DNA from: an uncultured bacterium
Lineage (GTDB): Bacteria > Bacillota > Limnochordia > DTU080 > JAAYLA01
Reading direction: 5' to 3'
NCBI GenBank assembly: GCA_937983075.1
Contig: CALKAQ010000062.1
Span: 41,277-105,276 of the forward strand
Length of the DNA: 64,000 nucleotides
Shown: in pieces, positions 9,980-19,073 of the stretch
How the letters are laid out: each line of letters opens with the position of its first letter
Numbering within the stretch: the first letter of the stretch is position 1
Made by a program: the position numbers and the translations under genes
The notes under the pieces: generated by a model
What the model was told of the DNA's origin: nothing
Seen by the model: only the letters and a program-made list of their open reading frames with translations
The model's database searches: none

Positions 9980-10432
9980 TCACCCGGCTACGAGCTGAGC
10001 CCTTCCTTTGCGAATAATTTGAAGCGTTTGCTCGAGCGACTCTTCCAGTGAATTGAGAACAGAGAGGGCATACTCATCCGCGCCCATCTGGATTTCGCGT
10101 GCTTGAGCCCGAGCGGCTTCCAAAATCCGTTCAGCATCTTCTTTCGCTTTGCGTACGATTTCGCTTTCCGATACAAGTTTTGCAACGTATTCCTCGGCTT
10201 GCGCCAAGATGCGTTCCGCCTCGGCTTCGCTCTCTTGCATCAAACGTTCACGTTCAGCGGAAAGCCATTCGGCGCGCTTCACTTGTTCGGGAATCGAATT
10301 GCGAATTTTATCGAGCAAATCGAGGACTTCTTCTGCGTTGATCAAGCTTTTTCCGGTCAGAGGGATCTCAGGTGCGGATTCAATCAATTGGTCAAGCCGA
10401 TCGAGCAGGATAACCAAATCCATCCGACTCAT
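9980..10432 (-). CDS. coiled-coil protein (ATP-synthase b/E-like heptad protein)
   Basis: 150 aa, Glu/Ala/Arg-rich continuous heptads (AEAERILAQAEEYVAKL..AKEDAERILEAARAQAREI). The 4-nt overlap with the coaD stop suggests co-translation. Confidence 0.6.
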   Translation of the reverse strand: MSRMDLVILLDRLDQLIESAPEIPLTGKSLINAEEVLDLLDKIRNSIPEQVKRAEWLSAERERLMQESEAEAERILAQAEEYVAKLVSESEIVRKAKEDAERILEAARAQAREIQMGADEYALSVLNSLEESLEQTLQIIRKGRAQLVAG

Positions 10433-10950
10433 GCATCTCCCTTCCCCTCGCTGGCCGACATTTTGCGTTGTAGTCTTTCAAGCACACCTTCGGGTACAAG
10501 CGCGGCCACGTCGCCGCCGAAAGTTGCCACCTCCCGAATAATGGAAGAACTGATAAAAGAGTATTGGTGGGAGGGTACAAGAAAAACGGTTTCGATGTCC
10601 GGTTCCAAATGGCGGTTCATCGCCGCCATTTTAAACTCCACTTCGAAATCGGACACGGCGCGCAGCCCGCGGACAATGGCACGCGCTCCTTGCTTACGGG
10701 CATATTCGGCTGCCAAGCCGTCGAACTGTTCACAAACGACGTTGTCGAGATGAGCCGTAGCTTCCAACAACATTTCCACGCGCTCATCCGGAGTGAAGTA
10801 CGGCTTTTTCTCGGGATTGTGGAGTACCGCCACATAGAGTCGATCGAACAACTTCGCGGCACGTTCGATGATATCCAGATGACCCAATGTCACCGGATCA
10901 AAACTGCCGGGATAGATACCAATGTGAAGCTCGGGCGTACCCATTTTCAA
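10429..10950 (-). CDS. coaD: phosphopantetheine adenylyltransferase
   Basis: 173 aa. IGIYPGSFDPVTLGHLDII carries the nucleotidyltransferase (T/H)xGH motif. It lies downstream of rsmD. Confidence 0.93.
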   Translation of the reverse strand: MKMGTPELHIGIYPGSFDPVTLGHLDIIERAAKLFDRLYVAVLHNPEKKPYFTPDERVEMLLEATAHLDNVVCEQFDGLAAEYARKQGARAIVRGLRAVSDFEVEFKMAAMNRHLEPDIETVFLVPSHQYSFISSSIIREVATFGGDVAALVPEGVLERLQRKMSASEGKGDA

Positions 10951-11000
10951 ACGACACCGCTCCTAGCGAATTTCAACGTATTCAGTAAGTTTCAGGCCAC

Positions 11001-11624
11001 CTAGACCGTTTTTTCGCCGGCCTGATAGATGCTCAATCGGGTATCCCCGTACGTGAGCAGTCGAATCAGTGCCAAATTCTCCACACTGGATTCCAACTCC
11101 TCTTGAAATCCGTGCTCAACCACCAGCAATCCCCCCGTGTCGACAATGCCGCAAGCCGCACAATCAGCCACCACTTGAGGTGCCCATCCCGCGTGATACG
11201 GCGGATCGGCAAACACCAAGTCAAAACGGCGATCGGACTTGGCCAGGCGCCGCAGGGCGGACCGAACGTCGATGGGCCAAACTTCGGCTTTGCTTGCCAA
11301 GCGCGTCAGCTCCAAGTTTTTGTGAATCACGCGCACCGCTTGACGCGAACGTTCCACACATAGAGCACTTGCCGCCCCCCGACTCAACGCTTCAATGGCC
11401 AATGAGCCGCTGCCGGAAAATAAATCGAGCACACGCGCCTCCGGGACATAGCTGGCGATGACCGAAAACAACGATTCCTTCACTCGATCCAAAGTAGGGC
11501 GCGTATCCGTCCCCTTCAAACTGATCAGACGGTGGCCTTTTGCCGAACCGGCAATGACCCGCATTGGCTCACCTCCTCCGGCTTCTTCCCGCTCCGCCTG
11601 CACGCCGCTGCCGTTTCCCGTCAT
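11001..11624 (-). CDS. rsmD: 16S rRNA (guanine966-N2)-methyltransferase
   Basis: 207 aa with the DLVFADPPY motif. The ATGA start/stop overlap with recG implies translational coupling. Confidence 0.88.
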   Translation of the reverse strand: MTGNGSGVQAEREEAGGGEPMRVIAGSAKGHRLISLKGTDTRPTLDRVKESLFSVIASYVPEARVLDLFSGSGSLAIEALSRGAASALCVERSRQAVRVIHKNLELTRLASKAEVWPIDVRSALRRLAKSDRRFDLVFADPPYHAGWAPQVVADCAACGIVDTGGLLVVEHGFQEELESSVENLALIRLLTYGDTRLSIYQAGEKTV

Positions 11625-13708
11625 TCGTCAGTCACTTCATGCAGGCGGCGACGGATCAGTCGCTCTTTCCATTCGACCGGAATCGAATCGATCAACGCGG
11701 CCAATTTTTCGTCATTTTTGTCGCGCCACGAATTGACCAGCGTGAACAAGTCGATGTCGCGAGCCAAATCGACAAATTGAAGGTCCGTCAGGCCCCACTG
11801 GCGCATCCCGATAAATTCACCGGGACCCCGGAGTTTCAAGTCTTGCTCGGCCAAATAAAACCCGTCCGAACTCCGTCGAATGGCAGCAAGACGTTCTCTG
11901 GAAGCAGCGGTAGGTCCGTCGCTGATCAAAATGGCGTAAGCCTGACGATCTCCGCGCCCGACTCTCCCCCGCAGTTGGTGCAATTGAGCCAGGCCAAACA
12001 GATGTGCCGCTTCAATGACCATAATCGTCGCATGGGGAACATCCACGCCGACTTCGATGATGGATGTCGCGACGAGTATCGGAACGCGACCGGCGGCAAA
12101 CGCCTCCATCGCGGTCGCCTGCCGTTCGGCTGACATACGTCCGTGTATGAGCGCGACTTGATCTTTCCCCAGCTCCTGCTGCAAGTGCCGGTACATCTCT
12201 TCGGCTCCCAGACCGCCGTCGTGATCGTCGCTGTCAATGTAGGGACAGACAACAAACGCCTGCTCCCCTGCCGCCGTTCGCCGACGCAAAAAGTCCACGA
12301 CTTCAGCGCGGCGGCGCGTCGGTACCCAAAGCGTCTCAACCGGACGCCGTCCAGGCGGCTTTTCATCCAGCCTGGATACAGGCAGGCCGCGATAAACCGT
12401 CTCGGCCAATGTTCTTGGAATCGGCGTCGCGGAAACGATGAGCATACGCTCGGCCCCTTTCGCCGCCAACGCATCGCGCTGAGCCACTCCAAAGCGATGC
12501 TGCTCATCGATGACCCCCAGCCCGAGGCGCCGAAAACGCACGCCCTCTTGCAGCAAAGCCTGCGTCCCGACAATGATATCGATCGTCCCGTTTTGCAAAT
12601 CGGTGAGGATTCGGCTGCGTTCGTCCGCCGAACACAAACTCGTCAACAGCTCAAGCCTGACATCGAGACCGCGCAGCAGACTGCGCAAACTGTTGGCATG
12701 CTGCTCCGCCAAAAGACGTGTTGGCGCAATGAGCGCGCCTTGCCCTCCGAGTTCCACCGCTTTGAGCAAAGCGTAGGCGATCACGAGTGTTTTGCCGCTG
12801 CCGACGTCTCCGGTGAGGAGTCTCTGTGTGCCGATGGGTTGTTCGACTTCGGCGTCCCACTCGGCCATTGCCCGGCGCTGTGCACCGGTAGGCTCAAACG
12901 GCAGATGACGCAAAAAGGCTTCGCAAAGCGGCCGACGGGGCGACCCGCTTGAGCTTGCAGGCGCCTGGACGTTCGATGGCAACTTCGGAGTTGGCGCCGG
13001 CAACAAGGCGATTTCGAGCAGGGCCAGCGAACGCCGCCCACGCTCGGGGTCTTCGGGTGTTTGCGGTTGATGCAGAAGCCGAAGCGCATGGAGCACGTCC
13101 GCAGCTGCGGCTGCTCCGGAAATCTCAGTCGTCGCTTGCATCAATACGTGGTGAATGCTTTCCCGCAACAGCTTCTGAGAAATCCCTTGAGTTAAAGGAT
13201 AAACGGGAATGACCCGGTCTGCGACAGAGCTGTTGTGCACCACAAACTCGGGCTGATCAAAATGGGGAACACCGTCGCGCCAGCGCAAGACGGCACGCAG
13301 ATGAACGCGGGTGCCGGGCTTTACCGACGGCGGTGGCATCCTGCGCCCCCTGACCGGCCGCAGCAGATGAATGGGAAACCGCCTTGGGCCAACGCTGAAA
13401 ATGACGCTTTCGATGACGAGGTGGGGTCGCTGCCAGCTGCGACGTACGTTCGCCGCCACCACTTCTCCGGGCATCAACACACCCGCACCGTCGTCAAGCG
13501 CATCAACAGCTTCAAACGTGGGACAAAAGTGAAATACCTGATATCGCCGCGGCAAATGAAGCAATAAATCGCCCCATGTTTGAATGCCGAGGACCGCCAA
13601 CCGCTCAGCCCGCACCGGACCGATGCCCGGGATCGCAGTAACTGCTCGCGTCCAAAAAGAAGCGTCACGGGGCAATGCCGACAACACCGAGCGTTCCGGG
13701 CCCTGCAT
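11621..13708 (-). CDS. recG: ATP-dependent DNA helicase RecG
   Basis: Has GDVGSGKT (Walker A), DEQHRFG, the wedge-domain region, and IPGIGPVRAERLAVLGI..DLLLHLPRRY near the N-terminus. The start is uncertain: ATG 13708 is chosen, while the track ORF extends to 13825 and overlaps degV. Confidence 0.9.
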   Translation of the reverse strand: MQGPERSVLSALPRDASFWTRAVTAIPGIGPVRAERLAVLGIQTWGDLLLHLPRRYQVFHFCPTFEAVDALDDGAGVLMPGEVVAANVRRSWQRPHLVIESVIFSVGPRRFPIHLLRPVRGRRMPPPSVKPGTRVHLRAVLRWRDGVPHFDQPEFVVHNSSVADRVIPVYPLTQGISQKLLRESIHHVLMQATTEISGAAAAADVLHALRLLHQPQTPEDPERGRRSLALLEIALLPAPTPKLPSNVQAPASSSGSPRRPLCEAFLRHLPFEPTGAQRRAMAEWDAEVEQPIGTQRLLTGDVGSGKTLVIAYALLKAVELGGQGALIAPTRLLAEQHANSLRSLLRGLDVRLELLTSLCSADERSRILTDLQNGTIDIIVGTQALLQEGVRFRRLGLGVIDEQHRFGVAQRDALAAKGAERMLIVSATPIPRTLAETVYRGLPVSRLDEKPPGRRPVETLWVPTRRRAEVVDFLRRRTAAGEQAFVVCPYIDSDDHDGGLGAEEMYRHLQQELGKDQVALIHGRMSAERQATAMEAFAAGRVPILVATSIIEVGVDVPHATIMVIEAAHLFGLAQLHQLRGRVGRGDRQAYAILISDGPTAASRERLAAIRRSSDGFYLAEQDLKLRGPGEFIGMRQWGLTDLQFVDLARDIDLFTLVNSWRDKNDEKLAALIDSIPVEWKERLIRRRLHEVTDE

Positions 13709-14510
13709 GCGTTCCAATGGTCGGGCCGAGGAGATGAACGGAAAGCTGACTTCCCGGGCATGCGGCTTCGATTTGTTCCTTGAGTGACCGGGCATCATCC
13801 GGGGCAGCGCCGTGGACGATGGCACCGCGGACAGCTTGACCTCCGACCGCTTCCTTAAAGCGCTCGATCACCATGCTGTATGCGCGGTTTTTCCCCCTTG
13901 CTTTCCCCGCCGGCGATACGACTCCGTCTTCCAACGTCAACACAGGCTTTACGTTGAGAATTCCGCCCAAGAGCGCCTGTGCCTTTCCGATACGCCCGTT
14001 TTTCGCCAAGTATTCAAGGGTGTCGACGACAAAATAAACCTTGATCCGCGGAATCATCGAGCGTACGGCCTCGACAATCGCTTCGAACGTTTCGCCTTCG
14101 CTTCTCCGACGCGCCGCTTCTCTGGCCAGCAGACCGATGCCTAGCGAGGCAGACAACGAGTCGATCACTTCGATTTTGACGCCGGTCATTTCGCGTGCGG
14201 CAAGTACGGCCGATTGAACTGTACCGCTCAAGCGGCTGGAAAGGTGAATGGAGATGATGTGGGTCGCGCCCTCGTCACGCAGTCTTTCGTAAGTGCGCAA
14301 AAACTCCGTGGGAGAAGGCTGCGTCGTGAAGGGCATGGTTTTGCTTTCACGCAGTTTTTCATAAAAAGCGTCCGGCGTCAAATCGACACCGTCTTGATAT
14401 TCTACGTCGCCAAACGTAATCGTCAGCGGCACAACCTCGATTCCCTCAGCGGTGCACAATGAAGCGTCGAGATCGGCGCCGGAATCCGTCACGATGCGAA
14501 TATCACTCAC
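13665..14510 (-). CDS. DegV family fatty-acid-binding protein
   Basis: 281 aa. IRIVTDSGADL is a typical DegV N-terminus. It sits between yloV and recG. Confidence 0.88.
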   Translation of the reverse strand: MSDIRIVTDSGADLDASLCTAEGIEVVPLTITFGDVEYQDGVDLTPDAFYEKLRESKTMPFTTQPSPTEFLRTYERLRDEGATHIISIHLSSRLSGTVQSAVLAAREMTGVKIEVIDSLSASLGIGLLAREAARRRSEGETFEAIVEAVRSMIPRIKVYFVVDTLEYLAKNGRIGKAQALLGGILNVKPVLTLEDGVVSPAGKARGKNRAYSMVIERFKEAVGGQAVRGAIVHGAAPDDARSLKEQIEAACPGSQLSVHLLGPTIGTHAGPGTLGVVGIAP

Positions 14511-14559
14511 GCTTATCCCTCCCCTGACCCTGCCCTTGCGAGCGAAAGCCTTTCGTCAT

Positions 14560-16275
14560 CTACTCAATGGCTACCAGATAATCGTAAAACGGCTGTCCGC
14601 CCGCGTAGCATTCTACTGTTGCCTCCCGGTATTGACGGGACAGACGGTCAGCGGTTTCCCTGGCTTGTTCCACATCGACGTCAGCACCATAGTACAAGGT
14701 GATCATTTCCGCCTGACCATTCCATAGGTAGGCGACGAGTTCTTCCAGAACCTCTTCATAATCAGCGCCGGCTGAAATGATTTCGCCCCCGACTACGCCG
14801 ATGACTTGGCCTTCTTGGATGAATCGCGTTCCGTTGCGCACGGAACGCACGGCGCGGGTCAATTCACCGGTGCGAACACCTTCCGCAGCTTGGGCCATGG
14901 CTGCGACCAATTGCTCGACGGGCCGCGTCGGATCGAATTCCACCATGGCCGCCACACCCTGGGGCATCGAAGTCGTTGGCAACACATGCACTTCTTTTTC
15001 ACACAGCTCGGCCGCTTGACGAGCAGAAAGGACGACATTGCCGTTGTTCGGCAGAACGATCACAGTACGTGCAGGCACCCGTTCAATGGCATCACGGATT
15101 TCTTGAGTACTCGGATTCATGGTCTGGCCGCCCGCTACGGTGACCGATACGCCCAGCTCTGCAAATATGTCTTCGAAACCCTTTCCATGCACAACGGCAA
15201 CAACACCAACGGTTTCCTCAGTATCCGACACCGCCGCTTCAGCAACCGATCCGGAGGACGAACCATTCAACAAGCCGCCCAAATCGCCCGCAGCACCCGA
15301 GATCTGCTGATTTCGGCGTTTCGCTGCGGCGGCTTCGTTCTGCAGAACCATGTTGTCGATTTTGATATCTGATAAATGGCCGAGTTCGCCGCCTATTTCA
15401 AGCGCTTGTCCCGGATGGTTCGTATGCAGATGGACCTTGATAACCGAGACGTCGCCCACGACAAGCAGCGAATCGCCTAACGGCATCAGGCGGGAACGCA
15501 ACGCATCGACATCGACGTCTTCACAATGAATGAGAAACTCGGTACAGTACCGAAACGTAATATCCGCCGGATGTATGGCATGTATCGCGTCGGCCCGCGC
15601 GAATTCATCGGCTTCCTCGTATGTGTCCAACTGTTGCAAGGATGCACGTTCATCCAGGGCTTCAGGCGTCTTCAGTGCCCGCAAAGCTCCTTCGAACACG
15701 ATGGCCATGGCTTTTCCGCCGGCATCAACGACTCCGGCGTCGCGAAGGAGCGGCAGCAACTTGGGCGTTTCTTCGACGGCATCACATGCGGCTTGGTGAC
15801 ATATTTCCAGCAGATGCAAAATATCGGTCGCTTCTCGGAACGCCTCGCGAGCGGCTTCTGCGGCTCGCCTGCCGATTGTCAGCATGGTGCCTTCCGACGG
15901 TTCCATCACAGCCGAATATGCCCGCCGACTTGCGAACTCCAAAGCCGCGACGATATCTGCCAAGCCGGCTTCCGCCTTGCCTTTGAGTCCGTCAGCAAAT
16001 CCTCTTATGTATTGTGAGAGGATGACGCCCGAGTTGCCTCGAGCCCCGAACAAAGCGCCACGCGCCGCAGCTTCCGCAACGTCGTCAACCCGTTGCGACG
16101 TACATGCTGCCGCTTGCCGCACTGCCGCCCGCAACGTCAACGCCATGTTGGTTCCTGTATCTCCATCCGGAACCGGAAAGACATTGAGCGCATTGATATA
16201 TGCACGATGGCGCTCAAGCTGCCTTGTCCCCATCTCTAGCATCCGGAGTATGTGGATGCCCACCAACGATTGCAA
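14560..16275 (-). CDS. yloV: DAK2 domain fusion protein YloV
   Basis: ALNVFPVPDGDTGTNM is the Dak2 signature, followed by the C-terminal YloV domain. The start is placed at TTG 16275 (SD GGAAGGTG 6 nt upstream); the track ORF runs to 16317. Confidence 0.85.
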   Translation of the reverse strand: MQSLVGIHILRMLEMGTRQLERHRAYINALNVFPVPDGDTGTNMALTLRAAVRQAAACTSQRVDDVAEAAARGALFGARGNSGVILSQYIRGFADGLKGKAEAGLADIVAALEFASRRAYSAVMEPSEGTMLTIGRRAAEAAREAFREATDILHLLEICHQAACDAVEETPKLLPLLRDAGVVDAGGKAMAIVFEGALRALKTPEALDERASLQQLDTYEEADEFARADAIHAIHPADITFRYCTEFLIHCEDVDVDALRSRLMPLGDSLLVVGDVSVIKVHLHTNHPGQALEIGGELGHLSDIKIDNMVLQNEAAAAKRRNQQISGAAGDLGGLLNGSSSGSVAEAAVSDTEETVGVVAVVHGKGFEDIFAELGVSVTVAGGQTMNPSTQEIRDAIERVPARTVIVLPNNGNVVLSARQAAELCEKEVHVLPTTSMPQGVAAMVEFDPTRPVEQLVAAMAQAAEGVRTGELTRAVRSVRNGTRFIQEGQVIGVVGGEIISAGADYEEVLEELVAYLWNGQAEMITLYYGADVDVEQARETADRLSRQYREATVECYAGGQPFYDYLVAIE

Positions 16276-16474
16276 GCTTTTCACCTTCCGTACTGCCTTT
16301 AAATTCCACCAAGTCACCTTGGAACATGCGGCTCACTCAAGCCCCATACGGGTTCGTGAGAATAGATTCCGAATCCTGCCGACGAACAACCGGCGAACAA
16401 CCTCCTTCGTCCACCTTAGTCCCCTGCTTCGAATTCCCCGTGTCGCATGAGCGCCCCGCTTCATCCAACCAAAC

Positions 16475-16503
16475 TGGACATGTGCAACCACTTATGCTAG
16501 GAT
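16475..16503 (+). promoter_or_regulatory. putative sigmaA promoter of rpmB
   Basis: TGGACA (16475-16480), a 17-nt spacer, then TAGGAT (16498-16503), about 70 nt upstream of the rpmB start. This is a sequence match only. Confidence 0.35.
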
Positions 16504-16574
16504 GAATGAGTATGATTCCATGTCGTCGAAGGATCGGCGATAATTTTCTAGTTTACGTTGAGGAAGTGATCGCG

Positions 16575-16766
16575 TTGGCACGTCGATGCATCGTCTGTGC
16601 AAAGCAAACTCAAACCGGCAACAACATTTCTCACTCGCACCGCAAGACACGTCGTACGTGGAAAGCCAATGTTCAAAGGGTGCGAATCAAAATCGGCGAA
16701 ACGCCTACGCGTGCTTATGTGTGCACCAAGTGCTTGAAAGCCAACAAAGTGCAGCGCGTTGTTTAA
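16575..16766 (+). CDS. rpmB: 50S ribosomal protein L28
   Basis: (M)[37 protein letters not shown] matches L28. TTG start at 16575 with SD GAGGAAG 8 nt upstream. The track ORF start at 16506 is an upstream extension. Confidence 0.93.
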   Translation: MARRCIVCAKQTQTGNNISHSHRKTRRTWKANVQRVRIKIGETPTRAYVCTKCLKANKVQRVV

Positions 16767-16813
16767 GGGCATGAGCCAACCGCAACACTCAACGATGTTT
16801 CGCCGTAAGCTTG

Positions 16814-16846
16814 AAGGGGGAAGGAGTCGACCCCCTTTTTTGTTTT
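16814..16846 (+). terminator. rho-independent terminator after rpmB
   Basis: AAGGGGG-(10 nt loop)-CCCCCTT followed by TTTTTGTTTT. Confidence 0.6.
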
Positions 16847-17469
16847 CTGCGGTGGGAAAAATGATGCTAAACCGTACGACAAATCCCTCTATGAGTATGT
16901 GCCAGGAATGTGAAAGTTGTCGGTTGTCGTATGGAAACGTTTGTATTTGAACGGTGAATGGGAATGAGAAAGCGGTTTGCAATGCCTGAAGGATCGATCC
17001 ACAACCCGTCTGTGGGGAGATATGTACGACGAGATCGACTTGTTGCAGACCGTGCCGCAACGAACGAGCCGTGACCGCTCGCGTTCATCCCGTATTCGAG
17101 CTGCGGCTGCCGACCGGGATCCCAAGGCATTCGCCTTATCGTTCCCGCACCAGTCGATCACCAGCCATGCCCTGAGGGAATTTCCCAATGGGTGATTTTT
17201 TATATGTCAAATCTTGGCTCTGCGAGCCGCGCACGCTTGGTTGCGCTTTCCCACGATCGTGGTTGCTTGTCCGTCAAGTCCCCCTTTCCTTTCGATGCTA
17301 AATGCCTTGGGAATTTCCAGTCGGCAAATTCATTATAGCCAGAGATCTCCTCCGAGTCAACAGAATTAACCATCTACTTCAAATATAACTTTAAGTACGC
17401 AAATATAACGACAATTACAAACCCCTTCTCCGGTAATCTTCGGTACGTCGCACCGGATCGCGCCCAGAC

Positions 17470-18132
17470 CTATACCTGAGCGACGATGTTTTCCAGATGT
17501 CGCAAAGCCGCTTGAGGATCGGGCGCGCCAAAAATGGAGGATCCTGCTATTAACACGTCGGCGCCGGCTGCATACGCTTGATCTGCCGTATCGGGCCCGA
17601 TTCCTCCGTCGACACCGATTTTGGTTTTCAGCCCACGGGAATCAATGATTTCACGCAACGCGGCCACCTTTTCCAGAGTGCGAGGAATAAACGCCTGACC
17701 ACCGAATCCGGGATTGACCGTCATCACCAATACAAAATCGACGTCGGGCAAAATCCACTCCACCATGGCAACCGGTGTATGCGGGTTGAGAGCGACTCCT
17801 GCACCGATATCGTACGCACGAATTTGTTGCACCGTGCGATGCAGATGGGTGCACGCTTCCACGTGCACCGTGATTTGGTCGGCCCCTGCTTGAACAAACG
17901 CTTCGAGGTGCCTCTCCGGCTTCTCGATCATTAAATGGACATCGAAAAAATGCTGCGAAAGCGGCCGCAAGGCCGAAATCACACCTGGACCAAAACTAAT
18001 GTTCGGAACAAATGCGCCGTCCATCACATCGAGATGGAGCCAAGCGGCGTCCCGCACTGCGTTGACTTCTTCTCCGAGTCTGCTGAAATCGGCCGCCAAA
18101 AGCGATGGAGCCACGATAGCCTTCCTTGACAC
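17470..18132 (-). CDS. rpe: ribulose-phosphate 3-epimerase
   Basis: AIVAPSLLAADFSRLGEEV..LHLDVMDGAFVPNISFG is the Rpe signature. GTG at 18132 has SD GGAGGT 6 nt upstream; the alternative ATG is at 18153. The track ORF to 18420 overlaps rsgA and is an extension. Confidence 0.92.
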   Translation of the reverse strand: MSRKAIVAPSLLAADFSRLGEEVNAVRDAAWLHLDVMDGAFVPNISFGPGVISALRPLSQHFFDVHLMIEKPERHLEAFVQAGADQITVHVEACTHLHRTVQQIRAYDIGAGVALNPHTPVAMVEWILPDVDFVLVMTVNPGFGGQAFIPRTLEKVAALREIIDSRGLKTKIGVDGGIGPDTADQAYAAGADVLIAGSSIFGAPDPQAALRHLENIVAQV

Positions 18133-18133
18133 G

Positions 18134-19051
18134 TCAGTACCTCCGCGCCTCATATTCGATAATGTCTTGCAAAATACGCAAGTAGCGTTCGTACCGTCCT
18201 TTGTCGAGACCGCCGCTTTCAACCAGCTCCTTAATTCGGCAATCCGGCTCGCGCCAATGCAAGCAGCTGGCCCCAAAACGGCACTCTGTTCTCCGGACGG
18301 CAAACTCCGGATAGTAATCGGACAAAGCTTCTTTGGGAATTTCATGAACGTCGAGTGTGGAAAAGCCGGGGGAGTCAGCGATCCAGCCCTTTTCTGAAAT
18401 TGGGAACAGCTCGACCGCACGGGTCGTGTGCCGACCGCGGCCGGTGCGCTGGCTGACGGATTGGGTAGCTCGTTTGAGCTCAGGCACTAAACAATTCAAT
18501 ATGGATGATTTTCCGGCTCCCGATTCCCCGGCGAGAACCGTAACATGGCCCGCAAGCTTTCGGCGCAGTTCATCGATGCCTTGACCGGTCACACCGCTTG
18601 TGAAAACCACCGAATAATTGGCAGCCACGTAAGGTGCGGCGATCTCCTCGGCGACTTGTGCATCAACAAGATCGACCTTGTTCAAAGCCAAGACGATTTT
18701 GCCTACCGTATACTCACACAAAACAAGCAATCGGTCCAAAAGATCCAGGTTCGGCGTCGGCTGCGTCAAGGCGACGACGACCAAAACTTGAGTGACATTG
18801 GCAACTTGGGGCCGCTTTAGTGTGACGTCGCGAGGTAAGATTTCTTCAATTACACCTTCGTTGTTCGCAAGCGGTAAAATGCGAACCCGATCGCCGGGCA
18901 ACAAGCGCTCCCATCCTTGGCCACGGCGATCTTGCATGAAACGGCCGCGCAATTTGCATGCATAAGCAATACCTTGTTCATCCACCACCCAACTCAGTCC
19001 GCCGATCGTCCGGGTAACAATGCCTTCAATCAGCTGTTCTACATCAGACAA
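18134..19051 (-). CDS. rsgA: ribosome small-subunit GTPase RsgA (CpgA/YloQ)
   Basis: Circularly permuted GTPase with ALNKVDL (NKxD) before GESGAGKSS (P-loop), plus a C-terminal zinc knuckle CRFGASCLHWREPDC. The start is uncertain: TTG 19051 lies after SD AAGGAG, and ATG 19141 would overlap prkC. Confidence 0.88.
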   Translation of the reverse strand: MSDVEQLIEGIVTRTIGGLSWVVDEQGIAYACKLRGRFMQDRRGQGWERLLPGDRVRILPLANNEGVIEEILPRDVTLKRPQVANVTQVLVVVALTQPTPNLDLLDRLLVLCEYTVGKIVLALNKVDLVDAQVAEEIAAPYVAANYSVVFTSGVTGQGIDELRRKLAGHVTVLAGESGAGKSSILNCLVPELKRATQSVSQRTGRGRHTTRAVELFPISEKGWIADSPGFSTLDVHEIPKEALSDYYPEFAVRRTECRFGASCLHWREPDCRIKELVESGGLDKGRYERYLRILQDIIEYEARRY

Positions 19052-19073
19052 GTACCGGTATTCACTCCTTTGC

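Noticed and set aside
16867-17195. Three overlapping 72-99 aa ORFs (16867-17130 -, 16889-17188 -, 16977-17195 +) lie in the rpmB-rpe gap.
   Set aside because: They have no SD, they overlap each other in different frames, and their compositions are implausible. They are treated as non-coding pending RNA-seq or blastx.
16950-17200. A possible cobalamin or TPP riboswitch was suggested by GGTGCGGGAA..CCCGGTCGGCAGCCGCAGC on the minus strand.
   Set aside because: No B12 box (GCCACTG) and no TPP core (CTGAGA..ACCTGA) is present. No regulated gene lies downstream in that orientation. The resemblance is superficial.
17200-17469. I searched for a SpoVM-like 26-aa peptide gene downstream of rpe.
   Set aside because: Translating all three minus-strand frames gave no M.F..IKLPKF-type peptide with a start codon. 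The only hydrophobic stretch (GFVIVVIFAYLKLYLK) has no initiation codon.
18133-18420. N-terminal extensions of track ORFs run into upstream genes. Examples: rpe to 18420, rsgA to 19318, prkC to 21380, rpmF to 6328, recG to 13825, TIR to 55108, hxlR from 60051, and the membrane protein to 62271.
   Set aside because: The ORF track takes the longest ATG/GTG/TTG-initiated frame. Family N-termini and SD sequences support internal starts, and the extensions overlap neighbouring genes substantially.
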